The notes under the pieces: generated by a model
Database searches by the model: none
Told to the model about the DNA's origin: nothing
The model's input: only the letters and a program-made list of their open reading frames with translations
Source: an uncultured Actinomycetota bacterium
GTDB lineage: Bacteria; Actinomycetota; Actinomycetes; Mycobacteriales; Mycobacteriaceae
Length of the DNA stretch: 64,000 nt
Assembly (NCBI GenBank): GCA_963813275.1
Contig: CAWEYH010000010.1
Span: 127,530-191,529, forward strand
Reading direction: 5' to 3'
Shown here: piece by piece, positions 45,695-56,324 of the stretch
Layout: each line of letters begins with the position of its first letter
Position numbering within the stretch: the first letter of the stretch is position 1
Made by a program: the position numbers and the translations under genes

Positions 45695-46850
45695 TCACCC
45701 ACCGGAATGCATCACATCGGCACCGGCAGGCACCGTGCAGTCGTCCGGGTCCGCCAGCCAGCCCTCCGGCAGCGCCACCGAGGCCGCCGACCCCTGTCGC
45801 CCGCGCGGACCGGTCGCAGCCGCGGGAAAGGGCACGTCGGGATCGAGCCCGGCAAGCAGCGCGTCGAGCTCGGCCAGCGTCTTGACCAGCGCCAATGCCC
45901 GTCGGAGGTCGGCGCCGGCGGGGAACCCGTGCAGGTACCAGGCGATGTGCTTGCGAATGTCGCGCATGCCCTTGTCTTCACCGAAATGCAAGGTCAGCAG
46001 CTCGCCGTGCCGCCGCACGATCGTCGCGACCTCACCCAGTGTGGGCGGTTTCACACTGTCTCGCCCTGCGAAGGCGTCGGACAGCTCGGCGAACAGCCAC
46101 GGCCGGCCCAGGCAACCGCGCCCGATGACCACGCCGTCGCAGCCGGTGCTCGCCATCATGGCCAACGCGTCCTCGGCCTCGAAGATGTCGCCGTTGCCGA
46201 GCACCGGAATGCCTTTGACATGCTCTTTCAGCTCCGCGATCCGCTCCCAGTCGGCGGCTCCGGAGTAGCGTTGCGCCGCCGTGCGGGCATGCAGCGCGAC
46301 GGCCGCGGCACCCTCCTCGGCGGCGATGCGGCCCGCGTCCAGATGTGTGTGGTGGGCGTCGTCGATGCCGACCCGGAATTTCACCGTCACCGGGACGTTC
46401 GACCCCGTCGGTCGCGCGCACGGCTGCGGCCACGATCTGGCCGAACAGTCTGCGCTTGAACGGCAGCGCCGCGCCGCCGCCGCGTCGGGTCACCTTCGGC
46501 ACCGGGCAGCCGAAGTTCATGTCGATGTGGTCGGCCATGCCCTCGTCGGCGATCATCTTCGCCGCTGCATACGTGGTGTCCGGGTCGACCGCGTAGAGCT
46601 GCAGCGACCGCGGCGACTCGTCCGGCCCGAACGTCGTCATGTGCATGGTGACGGGATGGCGCTCGACGAGCGCGCGGGCCGTCACCATCTCGCACACGTA
46701 CAGCCCGCTGACCGTGCCGGCCCGGGCGAGTTCGAGTTCGCGGCACAGGGTGCGGAATGCAACGTTCGTCACGCCGGCCATCGGCGCCAGCACCACCGGG
46801 CTGGCCAGCGCGATAGGCCCGATCCGCAGCTGGGCGCGGGAGTCGGTCAG
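45695..46850 (-). CDS. dusB: tRNA dihydrouridine synthase (frameshift near 46395; start approximate)
   Basis: LAPMAGVT, DMNFGCP, TVKFR, LHART, GNGDI. Confidence 0.9.
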
Positions 46851-47845
46851 GACCGCGATGTCGCGAGAACCTTCTTGGCCTCCAGCCGCTCGGCCTTCTT
46901 GGCCTCGCGCTCCAGGCGCTTCTGCTTGGCGACCTCGAACTTGTCGCACGTCTCCTCGAGCTCCTCGATGAGCACCCCGAGATCGTCACGCATACGGGCG
47001 GCCTCGCCGGTGAAGTCTTCGCGCTCGAAGATCCGCCACTTCTTCAGCACCGGCCTCACCACGTCCTCGAGGTGGATACGCGGGTCGTACACACCGCCGA
47101 CGGCGATGATCACGGCCTTGCGCCGGAACTCCGGAACGGTGAACCCGGGCATCTTGAAGTTGCGCAGCACGCGGTGCAGCGAGTACATCGCCTGATCCGG
47201 CGCGATCTCGAAGCCGGCCTCGCTGACATCGCGGTAGAAGATCATGTGCAGGTTCTCGTCGGCCGAAACCCGTTGCAGCAGTTGGTCGGCGATCGTCTCG
47301 TCGCATGCCTTGCCGGTGTTGCGGTGCGAGACGCGCGTGGCCAGCTCCTGGAACGTCACGTAGATGACAGAGTCGAAGAGGCTCTCGGCGAACAGGTCGC
47401 CCTGCTGGTTCTGGCCCGGGCTGAAGCCGCGGGTGACCTGCTCGAGACGGAGCATCTCCAGCGCGACCGGATCGATGGCGCGGGTGACGACCAGGTAGTC
47501 GCGCAGCGCGATACCGTGCCGGTTCTCCTCGGCGGTCCAGCGGTTCACCCACTGGCCCCATGCGCCGTCCATGCCGAAGTTCATCGCGATCTCGCGGTGG
47601 TAGGACGGCAGGTTGTCCTCGGTCAGCAGGTTCTGCACCATGGCCGTCTGGGCGACCTCGGAGAGCTGCGACTGCCCGGGCTCCCAGTCCTGGCCACCCA
47701 GCGCGTAGTAGTTCTTACCGTCCGACCACGGGATGTAGTCGTGCGGGTTCCAGTCCTTGGTCATCGAGAGGTGACGGTTCATGTACTTCTCGACGACGGG
47801 CTCGAGTTCGTGCAGTAGGTGCAGGTCGGTCAGGTTCTCGTGCAT
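46847..47845 (-). CDS. desA1: acyl-ACP desaturase
   Basis: LLTEDNLPSYH, WTAEENRHG, FQELAT, DENLH di-iron motifs. Confidence 0.95.
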   Translation of the reverse strand: MHENLTDLHLLHELEPVVEKYMNRHLSMTKDWNPHDYIPWSDGKNYYALGGQDWEPGQSQLSEVAQTAMVQNLLTEDNLPSYHREIAMNFGMDGAWGQWVNRWTAEENRHGIALRDYLVVTRAIDPVALEMLRLEQVTRGFSPGQNQQGDLFAESLFDSVIYVTFQELATRVSHRNTGKACDETIADQLLQRVSADENLHMIFYRDVSEAGFEIAPDQAMYSLHRVLRNFKMPGFTVPEFRRKAVIIAVGGVYDPRIHLEDVVRPVLKKWRIFEREDFTGEAARMRDDLGVLIEELEETCDKFEVAKQKRLEREAKKAERLEAKKVLATSRS

Positions 47846-48126
47846 GGGCCTTCCGTGCTCCTCGCGTGCTCTAGTTATCTGTACCCGTAAGTTGCAGTCA
47901 ATATATCTGTGTATCCCGGTGACATCAAGTTGGCCCGCCGCGTGTCGGGGCCTCGAATAGGTCACGGTTCTCACGTCATGCCTACCCGTCAATTCGCATG
48001 TCCTGCGCGGCCGTACTGCTCGCGGGTCATGCCGGTCAGCGGTATGGTTCCTCCAGGCAGTTCGACGATCAGCCGAACCGCGCCTGAACTCCTGGACAAC
48101 CGTAGACCTTGGACATAGGTGGGCAT

Positions 48127-48594
48127 GTGAAGAAGATCATCATTTCGGCCAGCACCATCGGCGCGGCAGCGTTTGCGATGGGGCTGTTCGGGGCCGGCAT
48201 CGCTTCCGCGGCACCCGATGTGGTGGGAATGACGTACAGCGACGCCGTCTCGCAAATCGAGGACGGCGGCGGTACGGCCAAGATCGCGGTGACCGTCGGC
48301 GACCGCCAGGACGCGATGGGCGACTGCCTTGTCACCGGCGCCAGCGACTCGCCCTTCATCCATGACAACGGCGGCACGTTCGAGGCCGTCTCCGATGAGG
48401 TGCTGCTGACGCTGAACTGCAACCGCGGAGCCGCGACGGCCACCACGCCGGGTGCCTCGATGGGCAGCCCGGAGGGCCGCGCGTTCCAGGCCAAGGCCGA
48501 GGAGCAGGCTGCGCAAGACCAGAGTCAAGCAGGCGAGCTCACGGACGCCGGCGCGACGCCGGGCGCAACGACGCCCGTAATCCCGACCGGGTAG
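48127..48594 (+). CDS. secreted hypothetical protein
   Basis: Signal peptide ending ASA, PDVVGMTYSDA (PASTA-like), SPEGR motif. Confidence 0.7.
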   Translation: MKKIIISASTIGAAAFAMGLFGAGIASAAPDVVGMTYSDAVSQIEDGGGTAKIAVTVGDRQDAMGDCLVTGASDSPFIHDNGGTFEAVSDEVLLTLNCNRGAATATTPGASMGSPEGRAFQAKAEEQAAQDQSQAGELTDAGATPGATTPVIPTG

Positions 48595-48601
48595 CCGGTA
48601 C

Positions 48602-49186
48602 TCAATAGCTCGACACCCTGCTGAGCAGCATGTCGACGCAGTAGTCGATGAACTGCTCGCGGGTGGCCGCCAGCCGGCCGTTCAAGTATGCGGTGAACAG
48701 CGCCGTTAGCGCGCCGATCAGTCCGGTGGCGACCATGGTCTGCACGGCGGGTTCGGTGATGGCAGTCAGTTTGCGCTGCAACAGATCGATGAAGCTGGGC
48801 ATCCAGTCGGCCCCCGATCGCGTGAGCACCGGCTCGACCGCCGGAGCCAGCAGCAGCACCCGGCCGCGGGTCGGGTCGTCGACCATCAGCGCGACGAACT
48901 GTTCCACCGCATCGCGCGCGGTCCTGGCAGACGTCAGGGCGGACATCGCTTTCGCGCAGACGTCGTCGTAGACCGCGCGCACGAATTCGTCACGGTCGGA
49001 GAAGCTTTCGTAGAAATAGCGTTCGGTGAGACCGGCTGCCCTGCATACGGCGCGGACGGTCAGAGCCGGGCCGTTCTCGCTGCCCAACAGTCCGACGCCC
49101 GCGGCGATCAGTTCGTCACGGCGCAGCGCCTGTCGATCCTCGAGCGGAACGCCCGACCATCGGCCCCGTCGTTGACCCGCAGCCAC
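48602..49186 (-). CDS. TetR-family regulator (Rv0825c-like)
   Basis: LTVRAVCRAAGLTERYFYESF. Confidence 0.92.
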   Translation of the reverse strand: MAAGQRRGRWSGVPLEDRQALRRDELIAAGVGLLGSENGPALTVRAVCRAAGLTERYFYESFSDRDEFVRAVYDDVCAKAMSALTSARTARDAVEQFVALMVDDPTRGRVLLLAPAVEPVLTRSGADWMPSFIDLLQRKLTAITEPAVQTMVATGLIGALTALFTAYLNGRLAATREQFIDYCVDMLLSRVSSY

Positions 49187-49205
49187 ATCACTCCTAGACT
49201 CAAGG

Positions 49206-49223
49206 TGACAACGTACGTAGTCA
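49206..49223. promoter_or_regulatory. putative TetR operator
   Basis: TGACAACGTACGTAGTCA, 16/18 palindromic, between the divergent TetR and oxygenase genes. Confidence 0.65.
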
Positions 49224-49256
49224 GAATGCCGTCTGACGCCGATCGGAAGCGCACCA

Positions 49257-50298
49257 GTGACTCAAGATACGTCTGAGGCATGCCCAGTGTCCTGGGGGCA
49301 CCACCCGCCCGAGGGCAGGGGGACGAACCACGCCCGTGGCTGCCGGCTGCCCCGTCTCCACAGGCGGATATGACACCGTGCCGGCGCCGCTCGGCCCCGA
49401 CTCACTCACCTGGAAGTACTTCGGCCAGTGGACCGGGATGCTGCAGGGGTCGTGGGCCGGCTCGATGCAGAACATGCACCCGCAGTTGGGTGCGGCCGTC
49501 AAGGATCACTCGATCTTCTTCATGGAGCGGATGCCGCGGCTGTACCGGTCGGTGTATCCGATCGGCGGTGTGGTGTTCGACGGCGACCGCGCGCCGAGGA
49601 CCGGTGCCCAGGTGCGCGACTACCACATCGGCATCAAGGGCGTCGACGAGCAGGGCCGCCGGTACAGCGCGCTGAACCCCGACGTCTTCTACTGGGCCCA
49701 TGCCACCTTCTTCAAGTCCGTCCTACTGGCCGCAGAGCGGTTCAGGGGAGGGCTGACCGAAGAACAACGACGCCAGCTGTTCGACGAGCACGTCGCCTGG
49801 TACCGGATGTACGGGATGAGCATGCGGCCGGTACCCAAGTCCTGGGAGGACTTCCAGGAGTACTGGGATCACATGTGCCGCAACGTGTTGGAGAACAACT
49901 ACGCGGCGCGCGAAGTGCTGGATCTGTCCACCATGACCAAGCATCCGTCCTTGGAGTGGATACCGGACTGGATGTGGCGGTTGAACCTGAAGGTGATGGA
50001 ACGGTTCCTGCTGTTCGTCACCGTCGGCCTTTACGACCCGCCGGTTCGGGAGCTGATGGGCTACACCTGGTCGCCCCGCCGCGAGTGGCTGCACCGCCGG
50101 TTCGGGAGTCTGGTGCACCTCGTCACCAAGCTGACGCCCGATCGCATGATGATGCACCCGCGCAAGCGCAGCGCGTATGACCGTGCGACGGGCCGGATTC
50201 CGTCAGACGCGACCTTGGTGGAGACGCCTGCGCGCAACCTGCCGCCGGTCGAGCACCGCGGCGACGGACGGCACTACTGCCCCGTCGACGCCGTATAG
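49257..50298 (+). CDS. oxygenase MpaB/DUF2236 family protein (Rv0826-like; 5' frameshift)
   Basis: LGPDSLTWKYFG, QNMHPQLG, YWAHATF; GTG start at 49257 is in a different frame. Confidence 0.85.
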
Positions 50299-50657
50299 GC
50301 GGTCCACAGCCCGCCGTCGAAATAGCGCAACTGACAACGGTTTTGCGGGTCCGGGAACCAGCCCGGCTGCACCGGCGGATAGCGCCCGTAGATCCCGCGA
50401 GGATCGCCGGACAGGCTCAGGCGGTACTCGTATTCGGCGCGGGCGCGTAGGCCCGCGTCGCGTCGTGCGTTGGCTCGTGCGCGCCTGCGGATGGCCACGG
50501 CCAGCCACGCGATCCCGGCGACAGCGACGAGAACATACGACCCGGTCCACAGCAGCCAGACCGCGAACATCGCCATGGCTGCTGTCATCGCCGGGTGTCG
50601 CAGCCAGAATGGCCGGCGAACTTGCTGGTAGAGCATCGACACGATGGTACCCACCAA
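50274..50657 (-). CDS. DUF2510 membrane protein
   Basis: TM segments plus PGWFPDP...LRYFDG.LWT. Confidence 0.8.
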   Translation of the reverse strand: MVGTIVSMLYQQVRRPFWLRHPAMTAAMAMFAVWLLWTGSYVLVAVAGIAWLAVAIRRRARANARRDAGLRARAEYEYRLSLSGDPRGIYGRYPPVQPGWFPDPQNRCQLRYFDGGLWTAYTASTGQ

Positions 50658-50688
50658 CGGGGGTCGGTCGCCGCGCTAGCGTTGGGCT

Positions 50689-51831
50689 ATGCAGGCGCCA
50701 GAAATTCTTGGCGGCCGCTACGAATTGCGGGGAATTCTGGGCCGCGGCGGGATGGCCGAGGTACGCGACGGCTGGGACATCCGACTTGACCGGCCCGTCG
50801 CGGTGAAGCTGCTGCATCCGGCGTTCAGCGTGCAGCTCGACAACCGTGCGCGCTTCGAAACCGAAGCACGCGCGGCCGCCGGTCTGAGCCACCCCCACAT
50901 CGTGGCGGTGCACGACAGCGGTGACCACGGCGGAATCCCGTTCATCGTGATGGAGCGGCTGTCCGGGCGGACCCTGGCCGACGCGCTGATGCGCGGCCCG
51001 CTACCGCAAGACCAGGTTCACGCGATTCTCGACGACGTGCTGTCGGCGCTCACCGCCGCGCATACCACCGGAATCCTGCATCGGGACATCAAGCCCGCCA
51101 ACATCTTGTTCACCGAATCCGGTGATGTGAAAGTCGCGGACTTCGGCATTGCAAAAAGCGCCGGGTCGCCGGCCACGATGACCGGACAAATCGTCGGAAC
51201 GATGGCGTACCTGAGCGCCGACCGGGTGGCGGGTCGGCCCGCGACGGTTGCCGACGACCTTTATGCCGTCGGCGCGGTCGGCTACGAGGCGCTGTCCGGG
51301 CACCGGCCGTTCCCGCACGAGAACCTCGCCGCCCTGGCACGGGCGATCGCCGAGAGCGCACCGCCGCCGCTGCAGATGCTGCGCCCCGATGTGGACCAGG
51401 GATTGGCCGCGACCATCGAACGGGCGATGGCTCGCGATCCGCGATGGCGCTTCCCCACAGCCGAGGCGATGCGCGCAGCGTTACCTGTTGCGCCGGTTAC
51501 GAACTCGGCCCGACCGCCGACCCGAGTGCTGGCTGAGCCGCTGCCGCCGCCGGCCACCGTGGCCGTCGTTCAGCCTGCCCGGCCCAGCCGGGGTCGCACG
51601 CTACTTCTACTCGCGGCGGTGCTGTTGGCGATCGCGCTTGCGGCTGTTCTCGTGCTGTTCGACTCCGCGTCGCCACGGTCGGCGCCCAAGCCGGCGACCA
51701 CCGGCACGTCACTGCCTCCGCAGCCGACACCGTCGGCATCACCGCCGCCTCCGCGGCCTCCGCCTGTGCAGATCGATCAAGGGCCCCCGGGCAAGAAGGG
51801 CCACGGAAACGGACGCAAGAAGGATGACTGA
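50689..51831 (+). CDS. Hanks-type Ser/Thr protein kinase with TM segment
   Basis: GRGGMAEV, VAVK, HRDIKPAN, DFG, Pro-rich tail. Confidence 0.93.
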   Translation: MQAPEILGGRYELRGILGRGGMAEVRDGWDIRLDRPVAVKLLHPAFSVQLDNRARFETEARAAAGLSHPHIVAVHDSGDHGGIPFIVMERLSGRTLADALMRGPLPQDQVHAILDDVLSALTAAHTTGILHRDIKPANILFTESGDVKVADFGIAKSAGSPATMTGQIVGTMAYLSADRVAGRPATVADDLYAVGAVGYEALSGHRPFPHENLAALARAIAESAPPPLQMLRPDVDQGLAATIERAMARDPRWRFPTAEAMRAALPVAPVTNSARPPTRVLAEPLPPPATVAVVQPARPSRGRTLLLLAAVLLAIALAAVLVLFDSASPRSAPKPATTGTSLPPQPTPSASPPPPRPPPVQIDQGPPGKKGHGNGRKKDD

Positions 51832-51934
51832 GGCGGCGACTGATCTTTACGCAAAACCTGCTGATCTGCGCATTCGGAACGCCGCCGTGGGTTAGATTCC
51901 CGATCGATATTCCGCTCGTGCAAAGGAGCGCAGC

Positions 51935-53031
51935 ATGGCGGCTCGGGATTCTGTTCTGGTAACAGGCGCATACGGATTGGTCGGCAGGCCGGTGGTGGAC
52001 CGGCTTGTCGCAGACGGGTTCAAGGTGATCGCCACAGCGCACCGCGCGACGAAGCCGGCGCTGCCTGCCGCGGTCGACGTGCGTTCGGTCGATCTGACGA
52101 AGCCGGATCAGGTCAGTGCATTGGTGGCCGAGGTGTCGCCGTCGGCGATCGTTCATCTGGCGGCCGTCATTCCGCCGATGTGCTACGCCAAGCGAGCGCT
52201 CGCCCGCGCGGTGAACGTCGACGCGACCGCTGCGCTGGTGCGCGCCGCCGCCGCTCTGTCGTCGCCGCCTCGGTTCGTGTACGCGTCGAGCGTGGCGGTG
52301 TACGGCAGCCGGAACCCGCACCGGTTCAGCGACTTACTCACCGTCGACAGTCCGCTCGCGGCGTCGGAGCTGTACGGCTCCCACAAGCTCGAGGCCGAAA
52401 ACATCGTGCGGGCATCGGAATTTGGAGTGGTCGATGCTTCGGCTCGGCGGCGTCATCACCACTCGAGCCGCTTGTCGACTACAGAGAATCCGACTGGCTT
52501 CTACTTCGGTGCGGTGATGCCCGACGACAACCGAATCCATACCGTTGACTCCCGCGATGTCGCGTCGGCTTTCGCTGCGGCGATCACCACCGAGGCTGTG
52601 CGCGAGAGTCTTCCTGATCGCCGGTGACGACTCGCACAAGCGGTTGCAAGGCGAAATTCGCCGGACGGGTTCCGAGGCGGTGGGAATGGAGCGATTGGTG
52701 TTTCCTGGCCGCCCAGGGAATCCGGACAGCGACAACGATTGGTTCCCCGGCGACTGGATGGACACCGCCCGCGCGCAGCAGGTGCTGTCATTTCAGCGGT
52801 ACTCCAGATCAGATACCTACGCCGAGATCCGCTCCAGGATGGGCTGGAAGAGCGCGTCCGCTGCGGGTGGTGGCACCGATGATCGCGCTGATGATGCGGC
52901 GCAAGGCGCCCTACTACAAGCAGCCCGGTCAGTACGCCGATCCATGGGGCAGGATCCGGGACAGGTGGGGCGATCCCGAACCCGACGCCATGATGCCACA
53001 GCAGGGGAGTGAGCCGGGGCCCGCGGCTTGA
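51935..53031 (+). CDS. NAD-dependent epimerase/dehydratase (multiple frameshifts)
   Basis: VTGAYGLVG, HLAA, SSVAVYG, YGSHK, DWMDT in successive frames. Confidence 0.7.
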
Positions 53032-53161
53032 GCCGCGTCATCGTCAGGCCTCCGAACGGTCGCTGCAGCCGGCGGTGGCCAATTTGATAGGGAAACACCC
53101 TATTTTTCGGTGAACCTTCTGGGCTTAACCTCTGCGTGAGTTCGTAACCGGAAGGGAAGAG

Positions 53162-53926
53162 ATGACCACAACACAGCTACGGGCGGCGGTCGCCGTGGCG
53201 AGCGCGATGGCCGCGACCGGGGCACTCGCCATGCCCGCGGTGGCACAGGCGTACCCGGTTCTACCGCTACCGCTTGCCCCTGCATGCTCGGCGTACCAAT
53301 TTCCGTCGGGAACGGTGCAGATCAACTACCTGGCCATAAACGGCAATACGACATTCGACATCGTCAATCCGAGCACGAATGTCGACACCACGGCTGTCAC
53401 GCACTACCCCGACGGCGGCGATACGTCGGGCCCGGTGACCGGCTACATCCACGGGGTCGGGATCCATCTGGAGGTAGGACGTGACAACTACCAACCTTTG
53501 GTGCTTGATGGACTCGTTAATCCCGACGGTAAGGCAACCGGCACTCTCAAATTCAATGGTGACAAACAAAACTGGGCCTCCAACACGAAGTTCAGTTGTG
53601 TCCAAAATCCGGAGCCGGAGAAGGTGGGCCCGTCGCCTAACAATGTGGACACCGCGCCGCAACAGGGGGCACCGAAGCAGCTGGTTCCGGATCAACAGGC
53701 AAAGCCACTCGGCAACGCCACGGTCATCGCGGACACGGACATCTACGACAAGCCTGACGGACAGGGGCAGAAGATCGGCACTCTGTCCGTTGGCGAAGTG
53801 CATCCATTGATGGAGCCCTGCCGGGACGACTGGTGTCGCGTCGGCCAGATCGAACTGGGCGGCATACCCGGGCTGCCGAACGGCACAGCCTGGGTCTACT
53901 CGAAGGGCTTCCTCACGTTCTCCTGA
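53162..53926 (+). CDS. secreted protein with C-terminal SH3b-like domain
   Basis: Signal peptide ending AQA; DTDIYDKPDG..KIGTL...CRDDWC...AWVY. Confidence 0.65.
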   Translation: MTTTQLRAAVAVASAMAATGALAMPAVAQAYPVLPLPLAPACSAYQFPSGTVQINYLAINGNTTFDIVNPSTNVDTTAVTHYPDGGDTSGPVTGYIHGVGIHLEVGRDNYQPLVLDGLVNPDGKATGTLKFNGDKQNWASNTKFSCVQNPEPEKVGPSPNNVDTAPQQGAPKQLVPDQQAKPLGNATVIADTDIYDKPDGQGQKIGTLSVGEVHPLMEPCRDDWCRVGQIELGGIPGLPNGTAWVYSKGFLTFS

Positions 53927-53963
53927 CCACCGCGCGGAATTGTTCGTGGTGCCCCAACAGGTC

Positions 53964-54467
53964 TCATGACACCGCCGGCTCATTGACGCGCCCGCTAACG
54001 CCCGCGGCCGTACCGTTGGGGGTTGTGCAGGCCACCGTTGCGATACGGCTGTTGGGCCCCTGCAGGGCTGCCGTCTCGGCTTCGACCACGCTCGACCCGA
54101 CAGCAGTGTGCCAGAGCGTCCAGTCGACGGCGTCGACGGCGAGGGCGACGCACTTGTTGATACCGGCCCGCCCGGTGACCAAGCAATGAGTACCGTTGCG
54201 GTCTTGGCACGTGTTCAGTGCGGCGAAGTCAGCATTCTCGTACGACGGCGCGTTGGTCCAACTCGACCAGATTCCGGTCTCCGGCGAATAGGCAATCGAG
54301 GAGGTCTGGGCGCCGGCAGCGGGACGCGGCGGCGCAGGCCAAGGGTTGACGGGCGGCCGAGCGCCTGCGGTTGCCGCTGCGCCTAACCCGCCCGCGGCGA
54401 TGGCACCGGCAAGCAGCGCGGCAGCTGTGATCCGACGCCCGAGGGACGCCTTGTGGTTGGTGTTCAT
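53964..54467 (-). CDS. secreted DUF4189 protein
   Basis: Signal peptide, SIAYSP, AALNTC...C...CVALA, AETAAL. Confidence 0.75.
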   Translation of the reverse strand: MNTNHKASLGRRITAAALLAGAIAAGGLGAAATAGARPPVNPWPAPPRPAAGAQTSSIAYSPETGIWSSWTNAPSYENADFAALNTCQDRNGTHCLVTGRAGINKCVALAVDAVDWTLWHTAVGSSVVEAETAALQGPNSRIATVACTTPNGTAAGVSGRVNEPAVS

Positions 54468-54554
54468 GAAAATCTCCTTCAGGTTGTCGCGGCCCGATTG
54501 GGACGCGTTCACCTGCTAGGAGCAAGTAGCCAACCCAAATCCCACAGTTTTTTG

Positions 54555-56014
54555 GGCTCTCCTGACACTCCCGTGGGTTGATTTTCTGAGGTGTCTGGGG
54601 CGCACGTCGTTGTCGCTTAAGGTTTCTGGCTTGTCGAAGGTCAGGAACCAAGGGAGCGGGCAACGACGTGCGCAATGTGAGGTTATGGCGTGGGCTGTTG
54701 GGTGTCGACGAGCGCACGGTGATCGAGGACATCGAGTTCGAGGAATTCGAAGGCCAGGACGCCGAGGGCGCCGCACTGGTGGTGGCGCGGGTGCGGCCAC
54801 GAAGTGGGGTTTCACGGCGCTGTGGCCGCTGTGGCCGCAGGGCGTCCTGGTATGACCGGGGTGAGGGTCGGCGCCGGTGGCGGGGCCTGGATTGGGGCAC
54901 TGTGCAGGTGGTGCTGGAGGCCGAGGCGCCGCGGGTGAACTGCCCCACCCATGGGCCGACGGTGGTGGCGGTGCCGTGGGCGCGTCATCACGCCGGGCAC
55001 ACCTTGGCCTTCGATGACACGGTGGCCTGGTTGGCGGTGGCGTGCTCGAAAACCGCGGTGTGCGAGTTGATGCGGGTCGCGTGGCGCACCGTCGGCGCGA
55101 TCGTGGCCCGGGTCTGGGCCGACACCGACGAAGACCGTCGACCGGTTCGCGGGTCTGCGCCGGATCGGCATCGACGAGATCTCCTACAAGCGCCACCATA
55201 AGTACCTGACGGTGGTGGTCGATCACGACAGCGGCCGGCTGGTGTGGGCCGCGCCCGGCCGCGACACCGCCACCTGCGGCGGTTCTTCGACGCCCTCGGC
55301 GCCGAGCGGTGCTGCGCAGATCACCCACGTCTCCGCTGATGCCGCCGACTGGATCGCCGACGTCGTCGCCGAGCGCTGCCCGACCGCGATCCGTTGTGCC
55401 GATCCGTTTCACGTGGTGGCCTGGGCCACCGAGGCGCTCGATGTCGAGCGGCGCCGGGCCTGGAACGACGCGCGGGCGCTGGCGCGCACGAGCCCAAGTG
55501 GGGCCGCGGTCGGCCCGGCAAGGACACCGCGCCGCGGCCGGGCCGTGAGCGGGCCCGCCAGCTCAAGGGCGCCCGGTATGCGCTGTGGAAGAACCCCGAG
55601 GACCTCACCGACCGCCAGAACGCCAAGCTGGCCTGGATCGCCAAGACCGACACCCGCCTGTATCGCGCCTACCTGCTCAAAGAGGGCCTACGGCATGTGT
55701 TCTCGGTCAAAGGCGACGAAGGCAAACAGGCCCTGGACCGGTGGATCTCCTGGGCACGTCGCTGCCGCATCCCGGTGTTCGTCGAGCTCGCCGGCCGCAT
55801 CGTCCGACACCGCGAGGCCATCGACGCCACACTCGATCACGGCCTCTCCAAGGACTGATCGAATCCACCAACACCAAGATCCGGCTACTGACCCGGATCG
55901 CGTTCGGGTTCCGCTCCCCAGAAGCACTCATCGCCCTGGCCATGCTCGCCCTCGGCGGCCACCGACCCGCGCTACCGGGCCGCACCAAACACCCACGGAT
56001 CAGTCAGTAGAGCC
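54555..56014 (+). mobile_element. ISL3-family element (IS1557-like); transposase 54668-56010 is frameshifted
   Basis: Terminal IRs GGCTCTCCTGACACTCCCGTGGGT / rc GGCTCTACTGACTGATCCGTGGGT; flanks GTTTTTTG / GTTTTTCG; GIDE, DPFHVV, IESTNTKIR motifs. Confidence 0.92.
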
Positions 56015-56138
56015 GTTTTTCGGGTGGGATTTTCACGGAGCCCGGGCTGCCCCGACCCCGCCACGATCCAGCCGATGCCGCCGAGGAGGACGGCAGCCCG
56101 AAAAGGCGTACGACTCGTGACCTTGGGTTGCGACTATC

Positions 56139-56182
56139 GGTGCCCCCACCAGGGCTCGAACCTGGGACCTGCGGATTAAAAG
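56139..56182 (-). repeat. 3' half of tRNA-Lys(TTT): attachment-site remnant, not a full tRNA
   Basis: Minus strand CTTTTAATCCGCAGGTCCCAGGTTCGAGCCCTGGTGGGGGCACC covers the anticodon loop, T-arm and acceptor 3' strand; D-arm and 5' half are absent. Confidence 0.88.
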
Positions 56183-56324
56183 CTGGTCATTCCGGCTACG
56201 TCGTCAGGGTGCTCAAACATCGGATGGCGCAACAACTTCTGGCGTTTCCGATATCCGGTCCAACTTTGTCGATTCTTGACGTTTCGCGGTCATTGGCGAT
56301 GAATAAACGATGAGTTGAAGACCG

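Noticed and set aside
47300-47800. ASdes antisense RNA within desA1
   Set aside because: Known from M. tuberculosis, but its boundaries or promoter cannot be supported from this sequence alone.
56139-56215. Complete tRNA-Lys gene
   Set aside because: Similarity stops at the anticodon loop; the 5' acceptor strand and D-arm are missing, so it was called an att remnant.
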